Of a stretch of DNA of 64,000 bases, positions 47,420 to 64,000 are shown in pieces (position 1 is the first letter of the stretch; every line of letters begins with the position of its first letter). The position numbers and the translations under genes were made by a program. Origin of the DNA: Bugula neritina (taxonomy: Eukaryota > Animalia > Bryozoa). The DNA lies in assembly GCA_964035545.1 (NCBI GenBank), contig OZ037771.1:4599628-4663627 (forward strand), in the 5' to 3' direction. A model generated the notes under the pieces. The model was not told where the DNA came from, searched no databases, and saw nothing but the letters and a program-made list of their open reading frames with translations.

Positions 47420-49485
47420 TTAATAAACCTCCACATCAGCACATTGGTAATAAGGACCAAATCCTGGCTTATTGGTTACGTAGGTGACCTAGAAAATTTA
47501 ATAAATGTCCTATACAGTGCTTTTATTAATAGTATTTATACATTAACTACATTTAATCAGCCACTTTGAATACTTTCGAACCATTGAAAAGTTTGAGAGT
47601 TTTTTAAATTATGGTTTTCAATAATGTAAACATATATATGTTCAAAAGTATTTATAAAAGGCATCATTGCGCATTGTTTATTTCTAAACACTGTAACCGT
47701 ATACAAAGCGGTATTTCCTTCTATGAAGTTAAACTTGTTTATCTTAATTATGTAACTTTTGAGTTAATCAATTAGTCCCAAGCTTTTCAACGGCGTTAGA
47801 AATAAGTATCATGACCTTAAGAAAAAAACAAGTAGCATATTAGGGTTGAAAAAAAATTTAAATGCCAAAGCTTTAAAATAAATAACGACAAAAATCTTAC
47901 CTAGAAAAGTAAAAGATACATGTGGAGTAAAATATATAAGTTGAAAAATGAAAATAAAAAATGGCACTCTATAGTAATTACATAAAAATAAAATACAGAC
48001 AAGGTTTAAATGTTTTATGAAGATTGGATATTTACCTGAACAGTTTTGATAGCATTGCCTTCAATTGGTGGTGTTGGAAGATTTTCAACATAGAGGTAGA
48101 GTGGAGGTTTGCCAGTGTCTGGGATCCGTATAACTTCCCTATGTACTACTATCCCCTCTAGTGTCTCGCTGTTCCACACAATGGAGAAGTAGCCCTGAGA
48201 AAGGATACTTTCACATAAAACACAATTTTGGAACTTTTAATGTTTATTATTTTAAATCAGTGTAGTTTTGTAGAGCAACGACTATATTGCACAAACAGCT
48301 ATTCCAGTATATCCTCATACTACATTTCTAGCGTATACGTAGAAACCTAAACTGAGATACATGAAATATAATACTGGAAAAAAAAATTGATAGATAAAAA
48401 AATATATTTGAAATATAATATTAGTAAAATAATAATGATGATAATAGTAACAGTAATAATAACAGAAACGGCAACGGTAACAGTAACAGCAATAGTATAT
48501 TTTTAAAACTTACAGGGTTAAATGGGTTCAGATGATTGGCATTCTGTTGAAAAATTATGGTGTAATTGGAGTCTTGCCTGTAAGAAAACACCAAAAAAAA
48601 TTGCATTTAAATTTGCAATGTTTCAAATGGCAGAGTTACTGTTTGCTATATTTATGATTGAAGTAAAACACAAAGTTATTATTAACAATCATTGTATGTG
48701 GGTATGTATAGTTCAACAATTATTGTATCACATGCAAAACATATACTTATGCATCACTTTAATTTGGTTTTAATCTGATGGTAGAGGCTACTTCAAATTC
48801 TAGACATTGAAACCATCTCTTAATAATTAAATGAATAAATTAAAAGCAATACATCTGAGAAATCACTCTTACTGTATCTTTATTTGCGGGGGCTCTACTG
48901 GTCGTCCCCCACATGGAAAGGTTCTCAAGAAGCAATTCTGAGCAGCTAAAACAGTTAGAATTTATTGTGCAGACTTACGCATCAAGATTTTCACTGAATA
49001 ATTAATTAATGTTATTATTTATAAGCATGTCTTATATTTTTGTAGTTAACAAAATAGACAAGAAAAAATAAAAAGAAAAATTATAAAAATATAATTAAAT
49101 TCTACTTCATTTAGCTGCATTGTAAAGTTGTGTGCCATTTAACACAATTTACTTCATGATCAGCAGACAGTACAGGTAAAACGTTTACATTTAAATTTAC
49201 AATACTGCTATTATAAATGTTATAAATTATAGCAATAATTATTTACCATGCAGCAGCATAAACATAAATATATCACACATGTAAAAAAGAAATAAATATA
49301 TAGAAATTAGTGACAAAATTTTAGCTATAAGAAAGTATAAATTCAAATATTAAAATGAAATGTTTCCAAACGATACCTGGTTTATTAAGACCTTCCAGAG
49401 AACCTCTCTGGTGAGGATTGAGTAAACAGAGATGACCAGAAGCTGCTGCCACACAAACCATTAATAATAATACACTTCTATACAT
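47420..49485 (-). CDS. Secreted His-brace LPMO-like (putative copper-binding) protein, paralog A; 157 aa
   Basis: Exons 49485-49377, 48945-48873, 48577-48514, 48194-48036, 47488-47420. MYRSVLLLMVCVAAASG|HLCLLNPHQRGSLEGLNKPAAQNCFLRTFPCGGRPVEPPQIKIQQDSNYTIIFQQNANHLNPFNPGYFSIVW...IPDTGKPPLYLY...VQVTYVTNKPGFGPYYQCADVEVY*. Confidence 0.88.
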
Positions 49486-50375
49486 GTTGAATATAGGAAT
49501 ATAATTTTAGTTTGATGAAGCTGATCAGTGGTCGGCCTTTCCTCTCCCAAGACTGAGGTAGAATGACCGTTTCACAAACATCTATTCTCCTTATAGTAAT
49601 GTATAGTGTGTTGCACCAGGTGAACTTTCTACATTTTATGACGGTACATATAAAAGGTTTAGCCGGACCTTCTATATACTGGATGGCCACCTGCTCTTTT
49701 TTCAGGAACAACTAATTGTCCTAATTTTAGACTTTGAATGACCCAGACTGGTTAGTATATATAACAGGATATATGCTGAGTCTGCTGGTACAGAACCCTT
49801 AAGAACTTGTGGTTTGTGGCCATGTTTATAATTTCAGGCAACTTATAGGAGCATGTGCTTTAAGCTATACCAGTTTATGCAAAATCACAAAGTCATAAAT
49901 TACATACAATTCTTTCAGGTGAAAAGACTAGCGAAGAATGAGTAAAACTTAAAATTGGCTTTATCTATGTATTAAATTGCATAAAATTGCATAAATATTA
50001 TAGAATCACAGCAACTTTTGCATTTCCACCTAAATGTCTCCTAAGATATAATAGGGGAAGGCGGGTTAGTTAGACCAAAGTTTTCGTTTTTGAGCATAGC
50101 CTTTCAATAAACTGACTGCCTATCTGAAGACTATAATACCATATTAAGCTGCTTATGCCCCCTCAAAACTAGATGTATAAACATTTTACTCATTAAGATA
50201 AAGCCAGTTTTTTCTGTAAGAATATTTTCTTACACAGCACGCCTCGGCAGAGGGTGAGTTAAACCGCCCTGTGGAAAAGTTGAGCCAGTGCCATTTTTCA
50301 TATATAATATATAAATTGTTTTACCTATTTAGCAAGCTGAAAACAACTCATTGGAATATATATATATATATAGTG

Positions 50376-52324
<1,949 letters not shown>

Positions 52325-52645
52325 TAAATTTTGAAGCCAACCCTGTGGTTAGGTTGTGTGATGCAGCAGCTCAGAATAGCATGTAATAAAAGTCTTGAAT
52401 AAATGCATTAGTTTTAATATGAAAGCGAGCTAGAATCAGCAATTGATCAGAAGTAAACCAGACCATGTTTGCACAAAATGCAATGTAAAACAAAATTGAC
52501 TGAGAACACAACCCTTAAGCAATATTAAAATGAAAGTCAAGATATATATGAGTATTTAATTGTGGCAAAAATGAAAAGTGTCGGAGAATCTTCAATATAA
52601 TCAAACGTTACTTTAACATCTCAACCAACCAACCAGCTGACCACT

Positions 52646-52795
<150 letters not shown>

Positions 52796-54342
52796 GCAAG
52801 TCATTCAAAAAAGTAGTTTGAATAAAACCCAACAACTACTTCTTGCAGATAAACTAAAATGAAATAAGACAAAATTACTGTAATGTTATATTCATTCGCT
52901 ACCCAAAAAAGGCAGAGCCGAAATAGGTAAGGTGAGTGAGGACTATAGTGTTATGTTTAAAGAAAATTATATGTGGTGAGTTATGTTATAGAGTAATACA
53001 ATAATTCTTCTTTTCAAGTATGCTTATAAAACTAACGTAACCACAAATATTATATGTTTTTATCCGAAATTGAATATTTATCATCATAAAACTTTTTATG
53101 CAAAACTTACAAACTCTATCTAACTTGTGTACTCCTATACTATTTTTATGTTATGGTAAAAATGATTCAATTTTTTATGTTAGTAAAAAGTCCTAAACCT
53201 GTTTTGGTAAAATAGTTTTAATAGGTTTTTAAAAAGATGTAGGTTCTTTCTAATTTATACATACATGCATTTGTTTTTCAACGACTACTTTTAAAAAAAA
53301 AATGATTTATGATTCGATGTATTCATTATTTAGATTAGTATTTTTATACAGCAACTCATTTGCTGTACCTATTGGTTAGTTGCATTATTCATTAAATTCT
53401 TGCAGACACAGATACTTGCTGCCAGAAGTACATAACACTCTTTAACTTAGTTAACATTTGGTGTAATATGTTCATTAAGGTTTGTTTAAAGTATATAGTT
53501 ATAATTGTATAATTAATTTTATTCTATATCAGTCAGCACTAATGCATATTTTGTATATCACAGCCGCATGGGCTCAATGCACACCCAGCCCTAATCTGAA
53601 GCATCTGGTCTTAAAACATAATAATATAACAATATAGGTATATAGACATAGTTGTAACATATTATGTGCATTTAATTCCATTTGATTCTATTACAAAATA
53701 TTTTTACTGCAGCTAGCTATTTAACAAAAAGGTAATTATTAATTAAATATAATTTTACTTATATATGACCTACTTTAAGTTTAAAATCATCACATGCTCA
53801 TTTGAACTGGAATATATCACAGGCAATTAAATTATGATGCAACATGTGAATATTTGAATCTGTGACAATATATAGAGCTTTGCTGCACAACTATTCATAT
53901 ATTTTAGTTTAATAAATTATAAGTTCAAAACTATAGATAAACTATTTTTAGACTCTAACAACAAACTTGCTGTAGATAAGATCTACTTTATTGTGAAAGA
54001 ATTGAAAGAATAAATTACCTCTAACTTATTTTGTGTAGTAAATAACATGAATTATGGAATACTCTTTTAAATATATATTTGTGCAAAGTTTGCAATACTC
54101 TGAAAAATGTTTTTACTATAACTATAACATAATTTTACATAAGAGAATCCAATTTTATATTTTGTTCAAAAGCAAAAGACTCAGTTGTGCAGTGTGCATC
54201 TTTCAATCAGTATTTAATTATTTGATGCTTATGCTAGTTTCATTAGCCTTTAAAAGATGTGTACTATAATTAATGTTTAATTGTACTATATAAATAATAT
54301 ATGATGAGCAATATAATAGCTTGTAGGCTCCTCTAAGTTGCT

Positions 54343-56942
54343 TTAATAGACTTCTACATCTGCACATTGGTAATATGGACCAAATCCTGGGTTGTTGGTA
54401 ACATAAGAAACCTGAAAAATTGAAACAATCGTAACAAATTGTTCAACAAAAAATGTAAACACCTTTAAAATTATTCCTAAAAGCATATAAAAAGTTTATA
54501 GTGATTAAAATGTGACTTTTAAAGTGTGAAACAGTAAAAAACATCAGCAACAGTTGAAAGAATAAAATTATCTTTACAGATAATTACCACATACATAGCG
54601 TAACCTTTAAAATGCTGACCATCTCACTTGAGGCTTTAAGTTTTTAGTAATAAAATAAATTTAATCTCTTGCAACGCTTACCTGGAGAACTTTGGTAGGA
54701 TTGTTGAGAGCCGGTGGAGTTGGAACAGTTTGAACATAGAGGTGGAGAGGAGGCATACCTGTATCAGGTATCAACGCAACCTGTTGATGTGTCAGGCCAT
54801 CATCTGCATAGCTGGCCCAGCTTATGCTGAAGTGACCCTGAGAATTATATTGTAATATAAAAAACTGTAAAACTTTTGTGTATTATAGGATATTGTATAA
54901 TAACATACTTAGGTTGTATATACGTTATAATATAACTTGATATATTGCTTAGTATGCTGTATAAAATGCATGACATACAATATATAGATAGTATATTAAA
55001 TATGTTATATGCTATATTCTATAACTTATATAAAATAATTGTTTTTAGCATATTACAATAAAATGAATTTGTCTAAAAATACATCATATGTGGTACAGTA
55101 TAAAATACTTTTACAAGTAATTTTTATTTAAATTTCAAATTATTTTGCTAGAAAGTTTGCACATCATGTAATAAATTTTACTCTAAATTTCTCATAAGCA
55201 TAGCTAACATTTTCTATGATAACAGAATATTTCAATGCAAAAAACTGTTGTGAAGCTCTGTACTGGTGATATTGAGATTTAAGCCATCTTTTCTCAAATA
55301 TTCTATGATTGCATGCAATATTAATTACTTTATATTTTAATTATAGCAGTCAAACATAAAAAGCACATTATTACATTTCACTTTCTGCAATGCGAATATG
55401 CAAACATTTATGGCCAATAATACAACTTCCACTAAAAGCACCTGTTACTGAAATTAACAGAGCAATATAAATTCTGTAATATAAAATATTCTTAGACTCA
55501 GGAAACTATGAACGCTATTTTTAGTTACAAGAAGAGTGGAGTTCTACATCTATATACCATGTTATATGCTGGCAGGTGTGGCTATACTTACTGGGTTCAA
55601 AGGATTCAGATGGTTGACATTTTGTTGAAATATCACCGTGTAGTTATCATTCTGTCTACAACAAAGAAAAAATTTGTTTAGATAAATGACAGACTTTCAT
55701 TGTTATTAGATTTTACCTAGCTGCATGGTTTTCTAAACATTTTTTTTTTGTAAATTACTTATTAGAACAAAATAGCAGCATATTTTGCTTGAATAGTGAA
55801 TATTAATCAGTTATTCCACTGAGTTATGACATTGTTAGTTGTCAGAGACTCTTCTTAGAAAATTGAAGTGAGATTATATTTTTTCCTGTAAACTGAATGT
55901 TAATTATTTTGTACTCTTTGAATTTTAAACTCAATAGTTCTAGACTACTACAACTAAAGAAATGAATCTAGTTTTACATCCTGCATATATAGGCTTTTAC
56001 TATATGGAACACATTTTACGTATATAATATATTATTTATACAGTACAGCTACCTGTGCAGGAGTATTCTTTATATAGAATGTTATAATAATATATGCTTA
56101 GAATACATTTCATATTACATACATATTTTGATGTTTTACTCATCATTGTTAATGCAGGTACTGAGGCTTTGATGTCACACAAACTGGTTCACCTGAAGAC
56201 CTAATTTTGATACTTTTTATAAGCAGGTATAATAATAGCTTTGAGAGCTTATTATAACATGTTATGAACAGATTGATTCTACATACTACTTTCAGTGGTC
56301 AGCATGCTATAAAATCATATGTAGACATAATACTACTCATCTTACTTTATCATTAGTTGAGGGGGCTCTGTTGGACGTCCCCCACATGGAGCTGTCCTGA
56401 GGAAACAGTTTTGTGCAGCTAAAAGAATAGGAAGTTGTCAACTAGTACCAAAGAAATTTCTCATAATAATTAGGAGTTGTCAAATCTGCAAGTTTTTAGG
56501 AAAGCACAATTTTTGAATGGCAATTTTTTCCAGTATATATGGTATTGTACCCCTTTCGATGCCTACACCATTAAGTGCAAAGGTATATGAAATTCTAAGT
56601 ATATGTTATAGATAATGTTCTAGTGAAATATCATATACTATCGATGCAAAAAGTAATTTTTTATTGCAATTGAAAAATACATGAAAACAGTGGGAAATTT
56701 GTTTTCAATTTTCTACTCTATCAGCCAAGTTTTTGCTAAAAAGTGTCAACTTAAATTTAAAACATAGAGAGAAACAAAAACACTGAAATAGAAAATAGCT
56801 CAACAAAAATAAGACTATTAAAGTTTACTTTACCTGGCTTATTAAGACCTTCTATGGACCCTCTTTGGTGAGGATTCACTAAACAGAGATGACCCGAAGC
56901 CAAGGCCACACAGCAAACAAAGACTAAGACACTCTTACACAT
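54343..56942 (-). CDS. Secreted His-brace LPMO-like (putative copper-binding) protein, paralog B; 156 aa
   Basis: Exons 56942-56834, 56418-56346, 55655-55592, 54837-54682, 54411-54343. MCKSVLVFVCCVALASG|HLCLVNPHQRGSIEGLNKPAAQNCFLRTAPCGGRP...YTVIFQQNVNHLNPLNPGHFSISW...IPDTG...LQVSYVTNNPGFGPYYQCADVEVY*. Same intron positions as paralogs A and C. Confidence 0.88.
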
Positions 56943-59094
56943 CCTGACAATTATAGTACTGCCTGTGCACTGCCCACTGATGTTCACGTCTTTCCTTCAC
57001 AGACTGAAATGACAGACCGCAGCAGTTTGTCCTTAACCTATAGAGTGAATCCCATGCCCTACTGATCTACTCACTACATTTATATTGCTGGTATCATATT
57101 GGTGGTTTTGATATATAGGTCACATGTTACTCTCTACACCAGCACTTTATTTTAGGCTAAAAGATGCTCTATGTTTTATAAATAAATTTTTAAAGTGTAA
57201 TTTTCAATGTTACTTTGTTTAACATTTGCTTTCTCCATAACATTGAAAAATATTCAAAGCAATAATATTATATTTATAATTATAATTTATAATTGTAATT
57301 ATATATACTTATATAACAAAGTGCATTGTATACATGTTCAAGCAAAAAGACCCACTTTATAATTGACAGATGTAAGCTATCTATATATTAATATACCTTT
57401 CTAATGTACTTCTTAATGAAATAGTACAAATTATAATAAAAAACTATATGATACCATATATATGCTGCAACATATTATATAATATGTTGTGAGTATATTT
57501 TGCATATTGCAGTATACTGTTTATATATGCATTTATATATACATGTCCCATCACCTTATAATTATAGCATTAGAATGCTCACTAGTGCACGTCATCATTG
57601 TATTACATGAGAAAATCTTAGTAAACTTTTTATGAAACAATAACTTACTATAACTACAAATCAAAATAAATTTGTGATTTTCAATTTGCAACCATTATAA
57701 AACTTGAAAAAATTTTTATTTACATAACTAAAGAAAGTTTGCAAATTGACAAAAAATTGTTCTAGTTAACACCCATACTAATTATAACTACCAGCTATTT
57801 TCAATCAAAAAGTTGAGTTATCTGGAAAAAATTTTTTATTATGCTAGCTTGCATTACAAAAGCAATCTTTCGAATTTTCTTTAGCAGTCTAGTTTTAGCT
57901 ATAGTCGTTCATCAATTATAACTTTCCTTATGCGATCACTTACTTAAAGTGCATCAAATAGAATCTCAGCAATTAATTAAGACGCTTGCAGAGCTTTAAA
58001 TTGTGTAATGAGTTATTTCCCTTTGTTCTAAATTTTATGTGATTATAGAACTGTTTTTTTTATATAATATTATGTGTTATTGTTTTAAGAACATCTGATT
58101 AAGAAGAGTAAATTAAACTGTTGAAATAGTCATGTATTGCTAATTTAGAAAGTGGTTTGAAAGAAGATATGACAAAGTCAAATCAACTGAAACTAAGTAA
58201 TTTTTACAGATAATTATACTAACAAAATAAAATTGATATTTGAAAGTTTTAAGACACCATTTTATTGAGTTGTGCTGAAAGTATTTTTTCTATTTCAAGT
58301 TCCTATTTTTTTAATTTGTTAATTTTTTTACAAAATGAAACTTGAAGTTTACCAGTTGACAGAAATAATTAAAACAGCATAGGGTAGAGCAGAATGCATT
58401 TTACATAGAAGTGAGGTAATTTGATTTCCTTACATTTGCAAGAACATATAAATTAATTGGCCAGTCGCATTTGATATAATAAAACAAGCGCTAAAATTTT
58501 TTTTGATACTGTTTGAGATGGAGTAATAGCACAACCTATAATTTATTTTTCAGAACAAAAGATTTGCAAAATCACATTGATGATCTTAAATCAGCTGTAA
58601 AAAGGCTTTTTGTTTGCGATTATTACTTGTAAATTTTAGCAGTTTCTGGTATGTGAGCCAATGGTGCATTAAACAATATTTGTGAAATTCTTTTACACAT
58701 TTAAAAATGATAAAATTAGCTGCACGAATGTTGATAACAGATTTACATGTATTTCATTCTTATTTTTTAACTAGAACCGGTTTTTGTAATGACATTTATA
58801 ATTATAGCTACCACATGCATGATTAAAATAATTATATTGCCTTTATTACGAATAAAAGCACAAAACACATAATAGTTGTTAAAGGAAATTAACATGATTG
58901 AGCATTACTATACCTATTACCTGTTATAAAGAGTTTTAAATATATTTGTTAAAAGTTATTAGCAACATTATAATTGTAAAAATTTACATAACGAATCAGG
59001 TATGTATAATACTTGGTATACTAGGTATATATAAAGCTGTTTACTAAATATGCTGTAACTTTGTGAATGAAACTTTGTAGCCCTTTCAATCATA

Positions 59095-61627
59095 TCAATA
59101 CACTTCTACGTCTGCACATTGGTAATATGGACCAAAACCTGGACTATTGGTAACATAGGTGACCTACAAGATGAACCACACATGTTATATACAACAGAGA
59201 AGGATATCTATTTAGACAATAACCTTTCTCCTCTTATGCAATACATTTCAGAGCAAATAAACTTATTTTTACAAACTTTGATCTTTGCTTAATTGCTTTA
59301 CGATATAAAAGGGCAATATACTGTTAGAAGAACATTCTACTGTTTTTAGCTGTTGTATGATATAGATTTGACAGAACAATTTTCTATAAAATTTTGATCA
59401 ACCAGGTGTTTGTAAAAAAGCACCGACATACATTATCAGTCCTAATTGTTGAGTATTTGTTCGTTATAATTGCATGGTATATTAAGTCTGTAAAAACATT
59501 TTATAATAATTTGCAAATCATGACTGAAATGAAGTGAATTACTGAGAAAATTTTAAGATTGTTAGCATAAAATAGTTTATAACTTATTCTACCAATCATT
59601 ATTATAGATAAGGGAAGTTCCACAATTATTTATTTTGTTAGTTTTTAAATTATTCTACAACTTTTTTTCTATTCTCAATAAATTTTCAATTCTTCAGAGC
59701 CAACATAAATAAAGTTAAACTCAAATTTTTGCAACTCTCTCAGTGTAAGGCAACAAATATTGTAATATTTGAGTTACCTGGAGAACTTTGAATGGGTTGT
59801 TCATAGCTGGTGGAGTGGCCACATTCTCTGTGTAGAGGTAGAGGTAAGGTTTACCTGTGTCAGGTATACGGGCCACCTCCATATGACTAACTGAACCATC
59901 GTCTTCGTAGCTCGCCCAGATAATGGTGAAATAACCCTAAACATAGTGTTTAGACTAAATAATTTTATTATACGAAATTGAACTTATTAATAGATTCTAT
60001 TGTTTTAACTTTGGTTGAGAGGCTATTTATCAGCAGCTAGAAACTTCTTTATGAAAACTTTTCTATGTAGAAGCCAACCATTTAATCTTTACAAATACGT
60101 TTGGGACACAATTATTTTTTAAAAAATGCGTTTTTGAGGCAAACCCTACATAAAGCTTGCTTCACTCAATCTTTTATATTAATCATTAGATGTGTGTGGT
60201 GTTTATGGTAAGGCTGTTGATTTGAAATGTATAGATTATATAATATTTGAACCGTATAAATGCAAGTAGTCTTTTTATATATGCACTCATATAGTATACA
60301 TCACTTAAATATACAGTATACAGTATACCATAAAATATATGAAATATGTACTTATACTATACAAACTTTTTTAGGATTCTTACAGTGTCGCTATGATGAT
60401 TCTCATTAATAGTAAAACTGAAAGCCCTAAGCAGCAAACTATCGACAAGTTATAATTTAGAGAAAAAATAAATTTTAATATATTTACCGGGTTGAGAGGG
60501 TTTCGATGGTTGACATTCTGTTGAAATATTACGGTGTAAGTGTCATTTTGCCTACAAAAACAAGCTTGTAGTGTAACTCAATATAAGTCATTTATATTTA
60601 TTAAATTTTTCTAGCCTAATTTGTTTATTGATTGCAGATAATGCTGAAAACTATTTTTTTATATTAAAAAAGCTGTTGAAACATTTATAAACAAAATTAA
60701 AAATATTAAGTAGATATATTTTTGTCACAATATAAGTTTTTCAAATTTAATATTAGAATGCAAGATATTTATAAGATATTGTTATTACTATGTATATTCT
60801 AGCTACCAAAAATACACAGCTGTTGGTAATAACTCCAGTATAAAAAATAACCTAATTGTCTTACATATTTACTATCATAGTTTTAATCAAATGTTTCAAA
60901 CCAATTCAGATAAATTTTTAAAAGCTACAACCCTTAAAAGCATAAAGGGTTTGTATAATTTGAAAAAACTGATTTAAAAGGAAAGTTTCTTACTTAATTT
61001 TTATCTGAGGTGGTTGAAGCGGACGTCCTCCACAAGGAGCTGTTTTCAGGAAACAGTTCTGTGCAGCTGAAGAAGATATTAATAAAGATGTTGACAGAAA
61101 CATTTCAAATGCTAATAAATCTAAATATTTTATATGACAAAATTTTTATTACATTTTTGTGGTTTAATTTATTTTAAAAACTAAAACCCATATAGTATTA
61201 TTTACAGTTTCCCCCTTCCCCCCTTGAAAAAAATAATGATATACTAATAATTTATTTAAAGACTATAAAATATTATGCCTTTGTCATAACCACGGCTTAT
61301 AAGTACCAACTTCTAATGCAATGGAAAGCTAGCTGTGAATATTTTGAACATACAAAAAAGAGCCATAAATAAACATAATATGCTCAAGATACAAATAACT
61401 AGTAACAGGCTGGGTATTTCTGTGATATAATTTATATACTAGGTTAAAAGTGTGCAACACAACACTATATCAAAACCAATGCAAAGTTGAAAGAGCTAGT
61501 TTACATTATTAAGCTCACCTGGCTTATTAAGACCTTCCAGGGAACCTCTCTGGTGCGGGTTGACTAAACAGAGATGACCAGAAGCTGCTGCCACACAACA
61601 CACCAACAACACTAGACTTTGATACAT
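59095..61627 (-). CDS. Secreted His-brace LPMO-like (putative copper-binding) protein, paralog C; 157 aa
   Basis: Exons 61627-61519, 61066-60994, 60551-60488, 59936-59778, 59163-59095. MYQSLVLLVCCVAAASG|HLCLVNPHQRGSLEGLNKPAAQNCFLKTAPCGGRP...YTVIFQQNVNHRNPLNPGYFTIIW...IPDTG...LQVTYVTNSPGFGPYYQCADVEVY*. Confidence 0.88.
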
Positions 61628-64000
61628 GCTGACAACAACTTTAAATCTTATTAAGAATTCTTTAAATTTTTAATATAATTTGCGCTGTTGCTATGTTCCT
61701 GGTTGAAACCAAGTAAGATTGAGACTAGGGCAAAAGAGGCTAACCTTATATATATATATATATATATATATGTATGCGTTTAGGGCCAATTCACACAGGG
61801 CATATTCTCCGTTGATACCTGTAATTATAGCGGTTCGGTTATGTAATTTCTCGTTGTGACATATTTTAAAGACTTCCTGTGTCATACTTCCTGTGATAGT
61901 TGATGCGGGTACTAGTCATGTTAATTTTAGAAATTTTTTAGCTGATTGGAGGAAATGAAGCCAATGAATAGGCTGCTAACACCTAGAGCGCTGTTGAAGG
62001 GTAGCGACTTTATTGGTGTTTAAGGAAAAGAGAAGTCTTCAACTAAAATTGAGTAGAAAGCTAATTTCCTGATCTACGATGGTTTTTTTGTGCAGTAATA
62101 CTGGGATAGAATTTGTTTGTATAGTAAGGTACTTTTGTTTGAGAATGTTTTCAAATTTATTTAAGACTTTATAAAATCACCATTGTTAACATTATTACCT
62201 GTGCCATTTTTACCTGTGCACTTTCATTAGTGCCATTTTTACCTAAAAGCATTTACAATATATATAGGCAGAAGCTACAAATAACTAAAAGCTCGTGGAC
62301 AAAGTCTAAGAGTCGGCGACTGAATATTGCTCATGCAAAGGTGCTGGTAGAATAACACCTATTGAAGCCAGATAGAAAATGAAAGGGAGTTACCAGCATG
62401 TTATTCATTAGTTATTGCCAGGTAACGGGTAACGTGTTCTGATTATTAAAGGTTTGAACAATCGCATATTTAAGTGAAATTGTTTTACTGGTGTCTATTT
62501 GAATTGTATATATTATATGCCTTTGCTTACTGCACCTTCCTGAATCTCATGACTAATTGATATATATGCGAATGATACCAAAATTTTATAGCTACTCAGA
62601 AATAATTTAACTGTATAGTTGGTCTTTTATTGCACTAAAGGTATCTAGATGTCTAAAGATATAGTTGAAATGTGTTTTGTTACCTACTCTATGTGTCTAG
62701 CAAAAGTAGTTGACACAGAATAAAATTAATACAAACTGGTTTGCGTAAAATAAGAAGTTTGAGAAATGCAAAGGAGCATTTGTATTATAGAATGGAATAA
62801 AATGAAGGTTGACAGGTAATAATTTTTTCTAGTAAAATATTTGTGAATGTACATAATAAAACTATCTATATAACATAATTTATGTGCAGTAAAATCTGTA
62901 GCATAGTATTGCAAATGCTATAAATTACTAGATATTACTAGTGAAATGTTTCAACTACAAAAACTGTTAACAACAGAGACCTTTAAAGTTAACAAGATTT
63001 AAAATATTGGTTTTGCCTTAGTTTAGAAAATGAATATTTTATTACATAACCAAACAGGTGTAGTTGCTACTAGAACCAGTGCTTTTTGAAAAAAGCTGCA
63101 AGTTTTCTGCACATACCACAGCATTAAGCTCTTATAGTAAACCATTTCTTTAACCTCAAAGTCAACTGACTAAAGAACAACTTTTTTTATAACTAAACTT
63201 TGCTATGTTAAACTTCATGCAGAAAGATTAAGGCTCTTTTAATTTGTAAATTACATTTATTTTCTTAGATTTGAGCTAGTAGCCAGAAAGCCAAAGATCA
63301 TTTTCTGGAATTTTCTTTGATCTAATTAAACAAATATGTACGGCCAGCCATGATGGTACTATGCAACCAGTATCTTAATTTCGTCTTCTTTGATGTATCA
63401 TTAGAACAAAGATATTTCCTGTGTTAGTTTCTTTAACGACGACTTTCCTACCCGCAATGTATAGTTACTTTCTTATCTGTACTACATTTTGCCATACATT
63501 CTGGTTGTTAATACGTGACTATAAGCATGTTCATAGTATGAAATTAAAAAAAGTTTTATGTAGACATGGCGACAACATTGAAACACAAATATACAAGCAC
63601 ACGCACACACACATGCACATTAGATGAAACTGAATTATTCCAAGGTACTAGGTAGAAAGCCTCTTTTTATTTATTCAAATAAACCCATTTGTTTTTCAAA
63701 ACTGCTTCAATGTAAATTAAAGAATTAAAACAATATTTTCATTGAACGAAAAAAACACTTTATGGAATTATAGAAATTTTTGATGGAAATAGAAACTGTC
63801 TATAGAGATTGGGACAGTCTATAAAAATAGAAACACTAATTGATAAAACTAAACACAAGTAATAGACTAATGAAAGTAGTTTACAGAAATAAGGATATTG
63901 CTCGTAGAAAGAGAATGCAGTAAGCACCCTGTCCATAAAATTCTCATAGATCATAATGATACGAGTATAATAGTAATATAAACCCATCTCCAGAAACTGC

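Noticed and set aside
61781-62245. Harbinger-like end (TTAGGGCCAATTCACAC) and short TGCCATTTTTACCT repeats
   Set aside because: No matching opposite terminal repeat found in the window.

Overview
AT-rich, intron-rich animal (invertebrate) genomic DNA; most of the ORF track is exon fragments and microsatellite noise. Splicing by hand with phase-consistent splice sites gives eight intact protein-coding genes: (1) a type-II transmembrane, Tyr-rich collagen (+, 987-9445); (2) a secreted 10-Cys prokineticin/colipase-fold protein whose fold is split by a KR-flanked 96-aa insert (-, 10394-12349); (3) a divergent P-protein/OCA2-like permease lacking the family DN and GDPPN motifs (-, 13840-26199); (4) a TMEM272-like 4-TM protein (-, 28668-38448); (5) an unrecognised gene built from three duplicated exon modules (+, 42788-44799); (6-8) three tandem, secreted ~157-aa paralogs whose mature chains start with His and carry a second His and a C-terminal YYQCADV motif, i.e. 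an LPMO-like histidine-brace copper-protein architecture unlike the typical AA15 pattern (-, 47420-61627). This trio is the strongest candidate for an undescribed system. Also present: a fold-back Tc1 (D34E) element made of two 3' halves, tRNA-derived SINEs, a MITE, minisatellites that copy splice sites, and many microsatellites. Family assignments rest on recalled motifs, not database searches.
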